DNA from: Trichoplax adhaerens
Lineage: Eukaryota > Animalia > Placozoa
Direction: 5' to 3'
DNA: 64,000 nt
Assembly (NCBI RefSeq): GCF_000150275.1
Contig: NW_002060944.1
Location: 9,014,159 to 9,078,158 of the forward strand
The stretch's first letter is position 1, and every line of letters begins with the position of its first letter. The translations under genes were made by a program, and so were the position numbers. The notes under the pieces are model-generated. The model worked only from the letters and a program-made list of their open reading frames with translations. It did not search any database and was not told the origin of the DNA. Below are positions 27,801 through 40,900 of the stretch, one piece after another.

Positions 27801-30800
27801 TAGATTGATAACAGCCTCATGCATGTACTGTATATAGAATATATTTAAATGATGTTAAAATAGCTACTAGATAAAATAATATTTGCTCGTTTTGTCTAGA
27901 TATTTTTTAAGAACTCAGTGATTCCCTAATAACTAAGTTTCCTGATAAACTCTTTAATTAAATTCAACCAAATATAAACTTATAAGTCTTAAAACTTCAA
28001 TCAATCGCATTTTATTATTTAAATTTCTCCAGCTTTACAGAAAGTATTGTTATCTAGAACTTACTAAAAAGGCTTTGTATTTGCAATTTAAAATAACATT
28101 TAAAATTTTTAATTATATTTTAAGTATTTACAAATCAATTACCTATTGACTTATTAGGAAACACCTCTACACTTGGCTTGTAAGCAAAATGCTCTTAACG
28201 CCGTCAAAATCTTGATAGCAAATCATGCAGATATTTCTATCACAAATACAGCTGGGCATACCTGCTTTAATATTGCTATTGAAAACAGTAACACAGAGGT
28301 GGCACTTGAAATGATAAACAGTGATAAGTAATTAATCTATCCTCCAAATTACTGCTAGAACATTATTATTTACACAATATCTCCTGCAACTAAAATATTC
28401 TGATCAAGTTTCTGCTATAACTTTGTTAACTGCACTAATTGACACATATAGTTGGAAGGCAGTTATGGAGCATCGAGGCGCTGATGGTTATACACCTATG
28501 AAACGTTTAATTGAAAAGATACCTGAAGCAGCACAAGTAAGATTGAATATCAAATACTAAATAGAGTATATACTATATCTCTGTTCATTCAATAGCCCAA
28601 AAATGATCAGATATAATTGTATACTGTATCTTTAGAATCAAAATCCTAACTATTTTTATAAGCTTTTACATCAAATACTTTTCAGGCGGTATTGGATCGA
28701 TGCATAGTGCAGTCTAATCATTCCGAAACTCATCCTGATGCTTTTGTATGAATTTATGTATTTGTAAATGTATATATTAATTTTATGTATTGTTTTTCCA
28801 TTTGATTTATAAAAACATATATTATAGCGAAGTTAATCAATGCAACTAATTTTAGTAAAGCCATTTATGACACTCAAGGATCTGATGATTTTACCAATAT
28901 AGTACTGAAGTACATATAATTTATGTAATCATTTAGATCACATTCAATTATGAATATATTGAGTCTTCTCCAGAAAAAACTGAATTAAAAGAAGTTCAAG
29001 ACAACTATTTAGCAATTTCGGTAAAAAGCCAAATGTTTTAAAATTGCAATAGTTAAAACCCGATAATATGAAACATAAAATCATAAATTTAGATTATTCT
29101 ATCTAGTTTTCTTATATCTATGATAAATGCAAATGATTACTTATAACTTGATACAGTCGCAAATACCTTAGCTTCGAAATTTTAGTTTGTTAAAAATAAT
29201 CAATGAGTTAGCGTCTATAATATTCGCTAACCCAATTTATTTTGTAAGCATTTAAATGCAAAGATATTAATATTAAAGATATATGTATGTAGTTCTTTAT
29301 TCTAGATTATTAATCATTATAGCTGAAAAAGTAACAGTAGTAAATTAGTAAAGCATTAAATAGCAAATGATAGTTTTATGCATTTATAGATATTCAAGGC
29401 AGTTATTCTGTACCTTCTGTATAAATACCATACTCGTCCGAAAATTGCTTTATTTAGCTCACAATTTCTATGATAAATTTACAGACTATCCTGTGGCTTT
29501 TAAATATAGCGTTTAGGAACGTATAAAGATCAGTAATATTTAGTATTGGCAATCAAGAGTTATCGGCCCTTAATTAGAAAGGTTAAAGAAACAACTATAA
29601 AATCATAATTCATTCACTGCATTGCACATCAATGTAGTTAGACCAAATAGTATATTTACTTGCCTTTTCCTTAATTTCATGAAATCAAACCATTTAATTT
29701 TATAATTATTATGTATGTCAGCAAGGAAACAGATCTTATCAACATTAATAACTATTATTTTTCCTCAATAGAGTATGGTCGAATATAACCGAGATTCCCT
29801 GCTGTGTCATCCACTCATTATGGCATACAGAATGGATAAATGGTAAAAAAGTTGCCTTTTAATACAACAAAATTTCAATTGAATATTTCTACTGAAACTA
29901 TTAATTTCATTTATAAACCTCTTACAGGAAAAATGGTATAGGTGCCACTTTCTACTTTCAAATACTCTTATATATCATTTTAATATCCGCATATGTAGTA
30001 ACTATGGGAATTGACCTACTTTGCAATTCACCCAATGCAACAAACAACTCCTATCTGGTATTTGTTTACATCAAAAATAAAGATTATTTTATACATTAAT
30101 GAGGATCTCTATTGATCACGTCCTTTCTTCCTATACAGAATCGCACATATATAAAAAAATTTATCTATTACAGATCTTTCGGAATAAAAATCAATAGCCC
30201 AATATAAGTTGCATTTATCTTTTCGTAGGATTGCAAAACGGTTCCTCCAGGAGTGGTCGAAGCTGCACCAATATTAGTCCTAACGTTTGGAGCAATTGTA
30301 TTCACAACTCATAGTATCCACTTCTATTTAAGAGTAAGCAGTATAACATATTATTTACTCCACGATCATGATAAAATTTAGTTAATAATTTTTAGAGACC
30401 TGTATTAAAACAGAAAAAAAGAAAGTTATTTCAGTCGTTCAAATAAGAAATACATTTCAAAGTAATAAATTTTATGGCTTATAACTTTATTAAGCCTAAT
30501 AAATATCTTGGAGCAATTCTCCAGTTTACTATATGTCTACGAGATACTAAGACTTAGAGATAAAAAGTTCAGGGATAAATTATATTAATTTTACAGTTCA
30601 AATTAAAATTGCATGAATATTTAGAAATATAAATATCTTTTATTATATTCTGATAGCATTTTAAATAGATTACAGATAATATTTTAACTTTTATGTCTAA
30701 GACTTGTTACATTTAAACCTCGTAGCCAATGGAGGCCCTGAAAAGTTCTTCTGTCAACATTGCTGAAACTATGATTGGGTTTTGTTCAGTTATATTTGGT

Positions 30801-33225
30801 ATTTTATCGTTAGTCTTTGGTAGTAATATAATCAACTCACAGGCTGGTGCTTTACTTATATTTGCGTCATTAATGGTCATAATAGTTCAATTACAGAGGT
30901 AAATTTTAATTCCCTCTCATTTTTTGTTATAATTTCAAATAATGCAATCTGCATCCATGAAATGGCTATATCTTACTTTCAATGCCTTTATAACTAGAAC
31001 ATCACTTCTTGGTAATTATATTCTCATGTTTTTAACCGTCTTGAAGACGGTGTGTAAAGTCATGGTATTAGTTTTTATGATTCTCATCATATTTGGAGTA
31101 TCTTTCCAGTTTGCGTTTAATGCTGCTGAAGTAAGTATACTATATAAATTATTAGATATTACTTAAATGACAAAATTTTAATTCTGATGATATAAAGAAT
31201 AATAATGCTAATGCGTAAGCCACAATCAATCGATCAATAGGTTACTCCATTCAACGAACTGATTAGATCAGCTCTAAGTATCATAGTTATGTTCCTTGGA
31301 GAAATTAATTTCTTTGAGATATTTGAACCAAAACTTCGTGGACTACCAGCTGCTCATCTAATAGCTATAGGACTTTTACTAATTGCCTTTATTGTACTCC
31401 TGAATGTTACTCTTACCAACTTATTGGTAAGTTCGCTTCTATTTTACTTCTACATTGGACAAAAAATTTTCTGTCCTCTCTAAGTAAATCTTATAGCGTT
31501 CAATATTGTATTATAGCGCCTGAATTACGTAGTTTAACAAGTCATGAACTTTTTTATTTATTCCAGTCGCTTATGCTCAAAAAGGAATTAAATTTTGTGC
31601 AAGCTTTCAATTTAGTTTCTGACTGCATTTGAATAGTATCAAACAAGTAGGATTATGATGAAATTAAATTAGAAGCCCAAGTATAAATCTTCGGATCTTA
31701 ATTTGTTCGTGACAAACATTGCTGTTGCATTTGAGTCAACAGCACAGCAAAATATAACCGAATGAGCTATAATTCCCGTATTATCATTTACTATAATCTT
31801 GAATAAGTAATACATAAATTAATTTTAACTAATGAAACTTAATTTAAAACACAACCATAAATTTTCTTATCTTAATCTAGTTTTGACAGGCATCACAAGT
31901 ACATTTGCGTCAATAGCTTAGAATTTTATGTAAATTTCAAGCTAATCGTTACTTTATACTGTACTGTGACTGAGCTAGTGAAAAAGAGCAGGTGATAAGA
32001 TTGAACTAATAACGGCAAAATTGAGCCGAATTAGACAACAATCCCGTAAGATCATTGGCTGTAATTTCTAATAAAAACACATAAATTAATTTGTAGCAAA
32101 ACCAGAGTAAAGATTATTTTTCTTCCACTACCACTACAATAACTATTTTCAACTTAGAAACTACTTTACGACAGTGATCAACTAATCTAATACCACGTAT
32201 TAAAATAATATATCCTTCATGCTACTAAAATTGCTTCTATACAACATATTAAATTAACTATTTTGAACTATTCCTTTAAAAAAAATTAGAGTCACAGAAT
32301 TAAATTAAACAATCTTTTCTCTTTCTTTAAAAACAATAATTTTAACATCCCAGAATGAAATTGCACGGTCTTGGCTCTTTCTTAAAAAAAATAATTCAAA
32401 ATTACAGAGTGAGAATACTTATCATTTGCTCTTTAATTTCTTTTAGACTGCTCTAGCTGTTGGCGATATCAACGAATTGCAGCAGACTGCTAAAACAAAT
32501 GGTATTATCCATGCGTTGGTGCTAATTGATGAGGTGAATAAACATTCTCTAACATTCTTAAGAAAAAAACTCTACAAGCCGCTTAGTGTTTATCGGATTC
32601 AAGGACCGAAGGGTAAATTTAGAAATGTAAGCAGCGTAATATTTTTATTCAGACATATATCAATAAGTTTATATAGCCTATTGAGTTTCCTGATACATTC
32701 AATCCAAGGTACTGTACACACTGTAATACTCATAGTCATATTGTTACAAATGAAACTGTGTCAAGAGATATTCCTTCGATATTCTCCTAATTGATCCTAG
32801 CATAACTACCCGGATATTGTGCTTAAATTGTCAAATATTATTGTCTTATGCTAATTCTTTACAATTATTCTCGATAGTACTTATGGAGCAGCATGTCAGA
32901 AAGTGCAGCTCTTGTGAAATGTACTCAGGACAGATTTTCAACGATTCGAAATAAAAATCGTCCATTAAGCAAATTGCAATCAAATGATGAAGGAATTGCC
33001 TGCAACGATGTGTATGTAGACTGAACATAAATGAAATTCTTTCGGCATTAATTTATGTTCATTTTATCTAACTATGATTGATCTACATATTACCTTACAT
33101 ATATTAACATTAATATGAGATAAATTTTTAAAATTAGGCATGCGAAGCTGAACGAATCTATTTCTGAGCTAAAGCAGATGATAGATAACTTAAAGGCTAA
33201 GTTTGATGCTTTAGCAAGACCTTGA
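21860..33225 (+). CDS. TRPA1: TRPA1-like ankyrin-repeat cation channel, paralogue A (25 exons, about 1130 aa)
   Basis: Exon 1 21860-22099, exon 2 24253-24430, pore/S6 exon 31241-31426, TRP-like helix exon 32447-32626, last exon 33138-33225 (TGA). About 16-17 ankyrin repeats (TPLHHA, TPLHLAAY, TPLHIAA, TPLHDAA, TPLHLAC). Linker WKAV...LIEKIPE..AVLDRC...FNYEYI; pre-S1 MVEYNRDSLLCHPL...KW; six hydrophobic segments; filter MFLGEINF; S6 TNLL-TALAVGDINELQQTA; C-terminal coiled coil ISELKQMIDNL. This matches TRPA1 architecture; the symbol means TRPA1-like and orthology was not tested. Confidence 0.92.
22395..23071. repeat. Old tandem duplication, about 350 bp unit, intron 1 of TRPA-A
   Basis: Colinear blocks TTTTATTCTA(C/T)AGGATATT, CTTTTGATT.GGAAAT, GCT.CTATATTAAATTT.CAAGC, CTTGTTAC.TTCAAA.ATTTTAATTA, TATGAGCTT and TCTCTTG each occur twice. 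Confidence 0.75.
23234..23781 (+). mobile_element. Solo-LTR-like element, family A copy 3 (diverged, in intron 1 of TRPA-A)
   Basis: TGTTACAGTGTTATA...GTTAACA termini, TSD ACCAG (23229-23233, 23782-23786). Shares blocks such as GGACATATCGTAATCTGACTATT and CTTATTGATCG with copies 1 and 2. Confidence 0.8.
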
Positions 33226-33652
33226 ATGATTCTAACCAAGAAAATTTTAAAGCAACTACATTCATTGAAGCATGTACCGTACTTAGTGCATCTTATTTCT
33301 CGCAAAAAATTGTAAATATTTAGATAAATACATTGATGATATGAAATAATATATGCTTGTAAATCAATAAGTACATGACTCTACAAATTGGCGAGGACAA
33401 ATGATGACTTTAATGTAGAAAATCAAATACATGCTAAGCTATTAATCCATTTCAATGATTTATTCATGTTTAAATTAAAATATATGAGCGAACATAAATG
33501 TACCAAACGCAAATTTTTTAATATTTTCATATTCCAGATCAATAATTTCATTATATGCCTCTTATTGATCCAGAAAGATGAGGCAAGTGCTCTTGATTCA
33601 AATTCCGTATTTTATCTTAATAAATTAGTGTTTTTGTTACGACAAAACCACT

Positions 33653-33910
33653 AAGAATATGAGATCAACGAAAACTATCTCTATTCTTTCTTTAAGCTAC
33701 CTATCATAATTAGAAAAAAAACATGGAATATAAAAAACACTACAGTATCCGATTGCATTGCTAATATTATTTTTATTCTTGAAAGAATATGAGACCGATC
33801 AGAACCATCTCTAATTATTCTCTAAACTTTATATCATAATTAGAAAACAGAAATGACGTAGACAAACACTACTTATACAATGATGTATTCGACTGCAATA
33901 CTAATACTGC
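33653..33910. repeat. Diverged tandem duplication, about 130 bp unit
   Basis: AAGAATATGAGA...ATCTCTA...TATCATAATTAGAAAA...AAACACTAC occurs at about 33653 and 33783. Confidence 0.65.
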
Positions 33911-34973
33911 TATTATCACTACATGACAATAAGCTATGTCATATTATTACTAACTATGTCATTATCCAAGCAATAAAAAATTGTTATTTCTGAAGCTATA
34001 CTATAAATGGGTTGACTTTTAATTATACTAATGTTCCATAATATAGCCTAAGATAGTGGTTACAGTCTGTACTTAATGGTAGGACATCTATGGTCAGTGT
34101 CTAAGTTGTGCTGTAGGTAATTGTGGACGAGGAAAGACCTTAAGATATCTTCGCAGGTTTTATTTCACGTTGAAATTCTCAATTTATGACAAGAAGATTG
34201 AGTAGGACCAAGGATTAAGTGAAAGTATAATTACTTGAAAGACAGAAATAATTCTGAATAGAAGACTGCAACACTCATTTACAGTAATGATCTGCGTTCA
34301 TTGTAAAGTAGATTTAAATTACAGTTATTTCTTCGCTTAATATCACAAACATCAATTTTTCACTTTAATTCTTTAGAAAAATAATCTTAAACATTACTAT
34401 TATGATCTAGCTTTATAAATGCATATCAGGCAAAAGCAAGAGATCGCAACAATCTGTTACTACGGGTAATAACAACAATTATCTATCAGTATGCCGTATA
34501 TTATACCCACAGCGTAAATTAAAATCATGTTATTCATGCGAGATGTTGATTTCGTTATAAAGCTACAGTAGCTGTTGAACTACCGATAACATTGAGATAC
34601 CAATCACTGAAATTGTTCCTATTGAATGATTTAGATAATAATGTGACTGCTTAAGAATGTAACAAAATGAATTATTCATTATGATATCACAATGAGCTAA
34701 TTAACTTTAACAATAATTATTAATGGTGACAATTACTTTATCTTTGCATTGGACTTATTTATTGTTCTGAAAAGTAAATTGCTATATCATATAAGATTGG
34801 GGTAATACTATAGTTGATTTCATCACATTTTTAGTCCTTTTAATATTCCTTACGGACCAAAGACGGACTGTTGTAAGCTGTGTTCTAAGGAGATTTTATT
34901 TAAGTTTGATTGCATCTGCTACTATTCTCTTTATTTTGAAGTCTGTATACGGCAATTTTCTTAGTAATAAATC

Positions 34974-37900
34974 ATGATTAAGCCAATCTTATCAAGAAAT
35001 AGCGAGGACAAATTATTCTATCGACGTGACGTTAGTTATAGAAACAATCGAAGTATGGAAATGGGAACTATACCCGAGCAAAGCAATAATTACACTTCAT
35101 CAGCAAATCCTTTTAGCTCGAAATTTGTTGGAAAAATCAGAAAAACCTATCGACCAACCCTGTCTAGAACAGCGACAACTAACTTTGTCGATCCTGACAT
35201 GCTACCACTATATCAGGTCTGTCTTAACTGAGTAATTATTAATTTAAAAGTATTTCAAGTACATGTAATCAATGCTCGTTTATTTCAGTCGTAATTTTTC
35301 GATTAATTAGACGATAATGGTAGAAAAAACATTTTCATATGGAATTTATCGTCTTATTTGAAGTCAAAGTTCTTTTCACAGTTCAGTTACCTTTTAACTC
35401 TTAATTGGAACTGTTTATATGCCTTAATTTGCGCTAGATTTTACCCTTTAAATTTTTTATAACATATCCTCTGACTGACTTATAAAGTAAAAATCCATCT
35501 AAAAAGTAAAATCCCACCAAGATGGCTTCTAACTACATAAAAAATAATTACGAGGGTTTATAGCCGATTTCTAACTCTATAATATTCTAAGAATTTAATA
35601 ATCGGAAAGAAATACAGTTTTGTTAATTATAAATTTCTTTCAAAAGCCTTGATATCAGCCTAAATGAATAGATGGATTTCAGTGCGGTACTCAATTGAAG
35701 TCTAATTTTTAAGACTGTACAGTACTAGCAACGGCAATTATAAAAGTTTATATTCTTTACCTATCACTAAGAGTAGACAAGCTACTCTCTACAATATTTT
35801 GAAATGGTGTTTAACCTAAATTTGTTTCAGTTGCTAAGTTTTTGTGCTATGTAATTATACATTTGTTAGTAGATACTGTAGATAGAATTTATCAGTTTGG
35901 AGCTAACTGAGTTTGTAATGCTTATAGTTTACATTTGCACATAGCGATAAATATAATGGTCGTTTACTACATTCTATGCAGGAACGACTTTATAAACATA
36001 AACTTTTAGTTTAATAACCACTTACGTTATCTAATTTACTTAATAGATAAATCGAAGCGATCAGTCTGAATCCACTTCAGTTTTAACCCTGTCACTAGGA
36101 ATTGACTGATAGTCCCCGTTTACTAGCTCAAAATATCAGATCATTTCTTCATCATAAATAAAGTTCAACTTAATTGAAAATACCGCCCTAAATATAGATT
36201 AAATAAAAATTTTTAATTTAATAATTATGCTATCTAGTCCATTTAATAGATAATTCGAGGCAATCATTCCGAATCCAATTTAGTTTCTGACCCTATCACA
36301 AGGAGTGGGATTAATAGTCAGGTTTTCCAGTCTAAAACATCAGATCTTTTCTCATGATATTGTTATATCAATGCAGGTCAATTTAACTGAAAAAATTGCC
36401 CAAACTACAGGTTATTGCCGTCGTGAGCGAATTCTAATGTCATTGCCACGCCTTGATAATTACATTAAACATCTGTCATTTACAGTGCAAGCAGTTTTTT
36501 TTATATCCTTCCGTATTGTTATTATTATTAATTAGTTCTAGTTCTAAAAGTACATATCTTTGACATATTCTATCGTTAACATTATCGAATTAAAACCACA
36601 AGTATTTCTTTGTTTCGATGATGATTATCACTCAGTATTCATTTATTTTGAAACCATTCTTAATAGCTTTAGCCTTTTAAATTTTATGAGAAAAGATAAT
36701 CGATTTATTATTCTTAAAGTTCTAAAAGTCAACATTTAGCATGTACCTTGTCTTTTATGATTCTACATATAGCACGTACGTAACTGCGAACTTAAGTGAT
36801 CCTTCTAAATTGAATCAACTTTAGCAGCATTCAATTAATTTTAAGACATTGATAATGATAGCGAGATAATATAAAAATTGTCAACAATTAGTAGATGTAA
36901 TTAACTTCTATCCTTAATTAGTTAATCTGTGTCAGTAACATCCTTAATTAAAGTCATCAGTAGCTAGAAAATGGCTTTTGCATTTCGTTTTACACTTAAT
37001 TTAAAACAAATGATAATAAACTTTACTTCTTTTCACGACGGTCAATTTCATTATCCTACCCTTGCTCCTTCATTTGAACCTTCATAATGGCTTGTTAACG
37101 TGATTAATCTTCAACTTTAAGACTTTTTGAAATCGATATGATCACACAGGCTTGTAAAATCGGGAATTCAGAAAAAGTAAGAGCAATTCTAGGCAGGAAA
37201 TACAAGAAATCCGATCGAAAGACTAACAAACTCATTAACACCTTGGATGAACAGTTGTTAACTCCAATACATCATGCAACCATGAATCAACATATTGATA
37301 TTATAACATATCTCTTATCCAAAGGCGCCAGTAAATTCTATATTTAATCAACGTTTATATGGTTCAGTAGACTTTCAATTTAGCCCTGTTGTCTATCTTA
37401 AATTAAAGAAATTTAATTATTTCAGATATTGATGCTATCGGTGGACAATTAAATAGAACACCTTTACTCATGGCAATCGAAGCAAATCAATCTAAAGCTG
37501 TCCGTCATCTACTCGATAGAAATGCAGATATTTTGGCCAAGGATTGCAATAATCAGCATGTGCTCCACCTTGCCGCTCAGCAAGGCAATATCCAAATAGC
37601 ACAGGTAAGTAGCGTTCTCAAAAATTAAATATCGTCTGGTGGAGTGGCCTCCAACTAGATCAAATGGTCACTGAGCTATTACACCATGTTTTAATATCAA
37701 ATACGAACATTAAAATGTATTTATTGCTCAATCTTATCGTCTAAGGTATAACTAAAAGATCTTTATGCCACACGTACCCTGTTTTTATTTTCTAGGCTAT
37801 TCTTGATCACCTCAAACACTATGACATTTCCTTACTAAACGATGGTGATAATTATGACATGACGCCATTGCACTATGCGGTTGAAAATGGTCATTATGAG

Positions 37901-40900
37901 ATTTGCCAGCTCTTGGTAAGTTGTTTATTAAATTAATAAGTACTCGCAAATAATCAATTCATTATATTGCAACTACATATAAGCAACACTTCGAAAAATT
38001 AAGCATAAAACTTCTTTCCTTCCTATGCAAGTTAAACTATAGATGCAGAATAGCACTGACTACTAAAGATGGGAGTACACCTTTACATTTGGCAGCCTAT
38101 CGCAACGATATGCGTGTTTTAAGGCTATTGCTGTCTACTGGTAAAGTTCAATCAGACTCTATTCTTAATGACATCCAGTTATTAGCTATTTATTAATGCT
38201 AATTTCACCTAAATGTGATCTATAGCTTCGCAGCAAAATATTAAGAATTTTGTGGACATTCGAGACGATGACGGCAAAACTGCTCTCTATATTGCTGTCG
38301 AAATGAGCCATTACGAGGTTTGATTACGTCTATATCCAGTACGAAATATATTGATTTACTTACTCAAATATATCGTATCTTCTTTTCCGTTAAGGAATGT
38401 TTATCACAGCATCAATATCATCATTACGTAAATATTTATCAATAAATTTTTTTCAGATGGCGAAATTATGTCTCGATTATGGAGCAAGCACGGCACAAAT
38501 TCAAAATATTACAAATTCAACATTTAAGCAAGTAAATATACTTTCAAGTCGATCATTAGTCGGAAATTTTCGATATTTTTGTTACACATTGCGTAACAAT
38601 CCTTAACTAAACTGAAATGGATTGAATATGTAGACTATCCTTTGTCTTGTAATATAAAAATAGGGGAAAACGAAATCCATGCTACATATCGCGGCTATTA
38701 GCGGAAATATTGACATAGCCAAACTACTACTGAGTCATAAAGCACAAACTAATACTCTGGATGAAGATAACTACTCAGTGATGCACTATGCAACTTTAGG
38801 GAAAAGCAAAGATATGATTCAATTTTTGCATCAAGAGGTAAATGAGCATCTCTTAGGCTATTTTTAGGACTGTGCCGCAGGTGTTTACTAAATTTCGAAA
38901 CCGGATCTATGCTTATCACTTGATTATACTTATATTTCGTAGGGTCTACCCTTAAATTGCGAAGGTCATGATGGCATGACTCCATTACTGCTATCAGTTC
39001 AGAAAGGATATGTCGAGGTCACTAACAAACTGCTAGACCTGGGAGTTGATATCACCGCAACCGATCATAATAACAAAAATTGCCTACATTACGCTACATA
39101 TCATCAAAATAATGCAATTTTATGTACACTATTGAAGGTGATTCTCCATAAATTAATAGAATTAATGACCAGCGTACGAATTTTTCTAAGACTTTAAGGC
39201 ATTCATCAGAATTTTATTTCTTTTTACCATAGAATGGCGCAATATCTCTTATTAACAATCAAGACTATGAAGGACATACTCCTTTGTTAACATCTATTCA
39301 TAGAAGAGATATTAAGGTTAGCTACGTACCTAATCTGCAACAAGCAATTCAAATAGAAATGGAATCATACTTTGTCGGCTAAAATTTCATTGCCATCGAT
39401 GTAGATCGTAAGAATTTTATTAGATCATGGGGCTGATACAGCCATTCCCAAGAACAACGGCGATACAATTTTGCACCTGGCAGCTATCCACAACAGTCAT
39501 CATATCATTCAATCTGCAATAGACAGCCTTAAAACTACAGTGGATATTAAAAATAATGATGGAAAAACACCGTTGCATATTGCTGCACAATTAGGCCATC
39601 GAAAAATTGTGCAAATCCTTCTAGAATCAGGAGCATATGTCAATAACTGGTATATATTTCATAGCACTCTATTCATTTTTGCGGTAGTAAGCCTAATTTA
39701 CTGAAAAATTATTGATTTTCTGCGGGCAGTAACTAATTTAAAACTCTATGAAAGTAGCCATGATGTTCAATAGACAATATCTATCCATTTAAACTTAGTG
39801 ATACTACGGGAAATACTCCAGTCCATGACGCAGCGGAAAATGATCAGAAAGAGGTTATTGAGTTATTGATTCAACATAGAGCAGCCGTAAATTATACAAA
39901 CCGGAAAAAGGTACAAATATTTGTTTTAGAACTGTAGCTCATTCGTAGTTTAAATGAACTAATTTATAAATATACAATTTTCGACTCCAGCAAATGCATT
40001 AATTTCTTTTGTTCAAGTCTATAATATGCTACAGATATTCAATCTAGTCTAGGAGTGCGTAATCGAAATTTTAGAAAATAATAGCGCTAGGCTACATAGT
40101 ATCTTATAAAAAAATCTTCGATCACGTTATGCGTATTAGAATAGTAAAATTTGAATGCCTTATTAAGAATTTAAGGTTTCATTAGCTTTATTAATCACAA
40201 GCTCTATCTAGTGGCTCTTACATAGATATTTAGCTCAATCTAATTGTAGCAAAAAAGTTGTTTGTGATTACTATTAGATCATCGATAGAACGCTTCTCTT
40301 CGAATAGCTACTATATCCTAGCGCACGAATCTATATACTTAACATATAGCTAATCTTCTATTAATATCCAACAGAGTAAGTTATTAGGCAGTGGGGCATC
40401 TATATAACAACAATTTTTAAAATAATGTAATATAATTAAACACCTTATTCGATTATTAATTATCAGTAGTCAATAATAAATAATACTGATAATCAACATT
40501 TTCTAATTAAGCAATACCGTAATAGTAAATATTAGTAGCTCAACAACATCAAATATTGAGTACATTAGTACAGTGATAGTTGTAATTTTGTATAAAATAA
40601 ATAGTCTGACGAACAATTACCCATGCTTTATGCCAGTTTCTTTAATAGTAGCAGATTCATTTTTGCCTTTCATTGTCATCAACAAGTTACTATTGCAGTA
40701 AGCTGTGCACTTACGGTGCACAGCAATTCTCCTGATTTAGCAGACCAATATCAGCAGAAGATGATTCATTTTTGACTTCAATTTTAATCAATCTATCTGT
40801 CATTTTAGGAAACTCCTTTACACTTAGCATGCAAGAAAAATGCTCTTAATGCCGTTAAAACTCTAATATCCAATAATGCGGACATTTCTATAACGGATTT

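Noticed and set aside
32846-33305. Minus-strand ORFs overlapping TRPA exons (also 25555, 38749, 43637, 45521, 52264)
   Set aside because: These are antisense shadows of coding exons with no independent motifs or gene structure.
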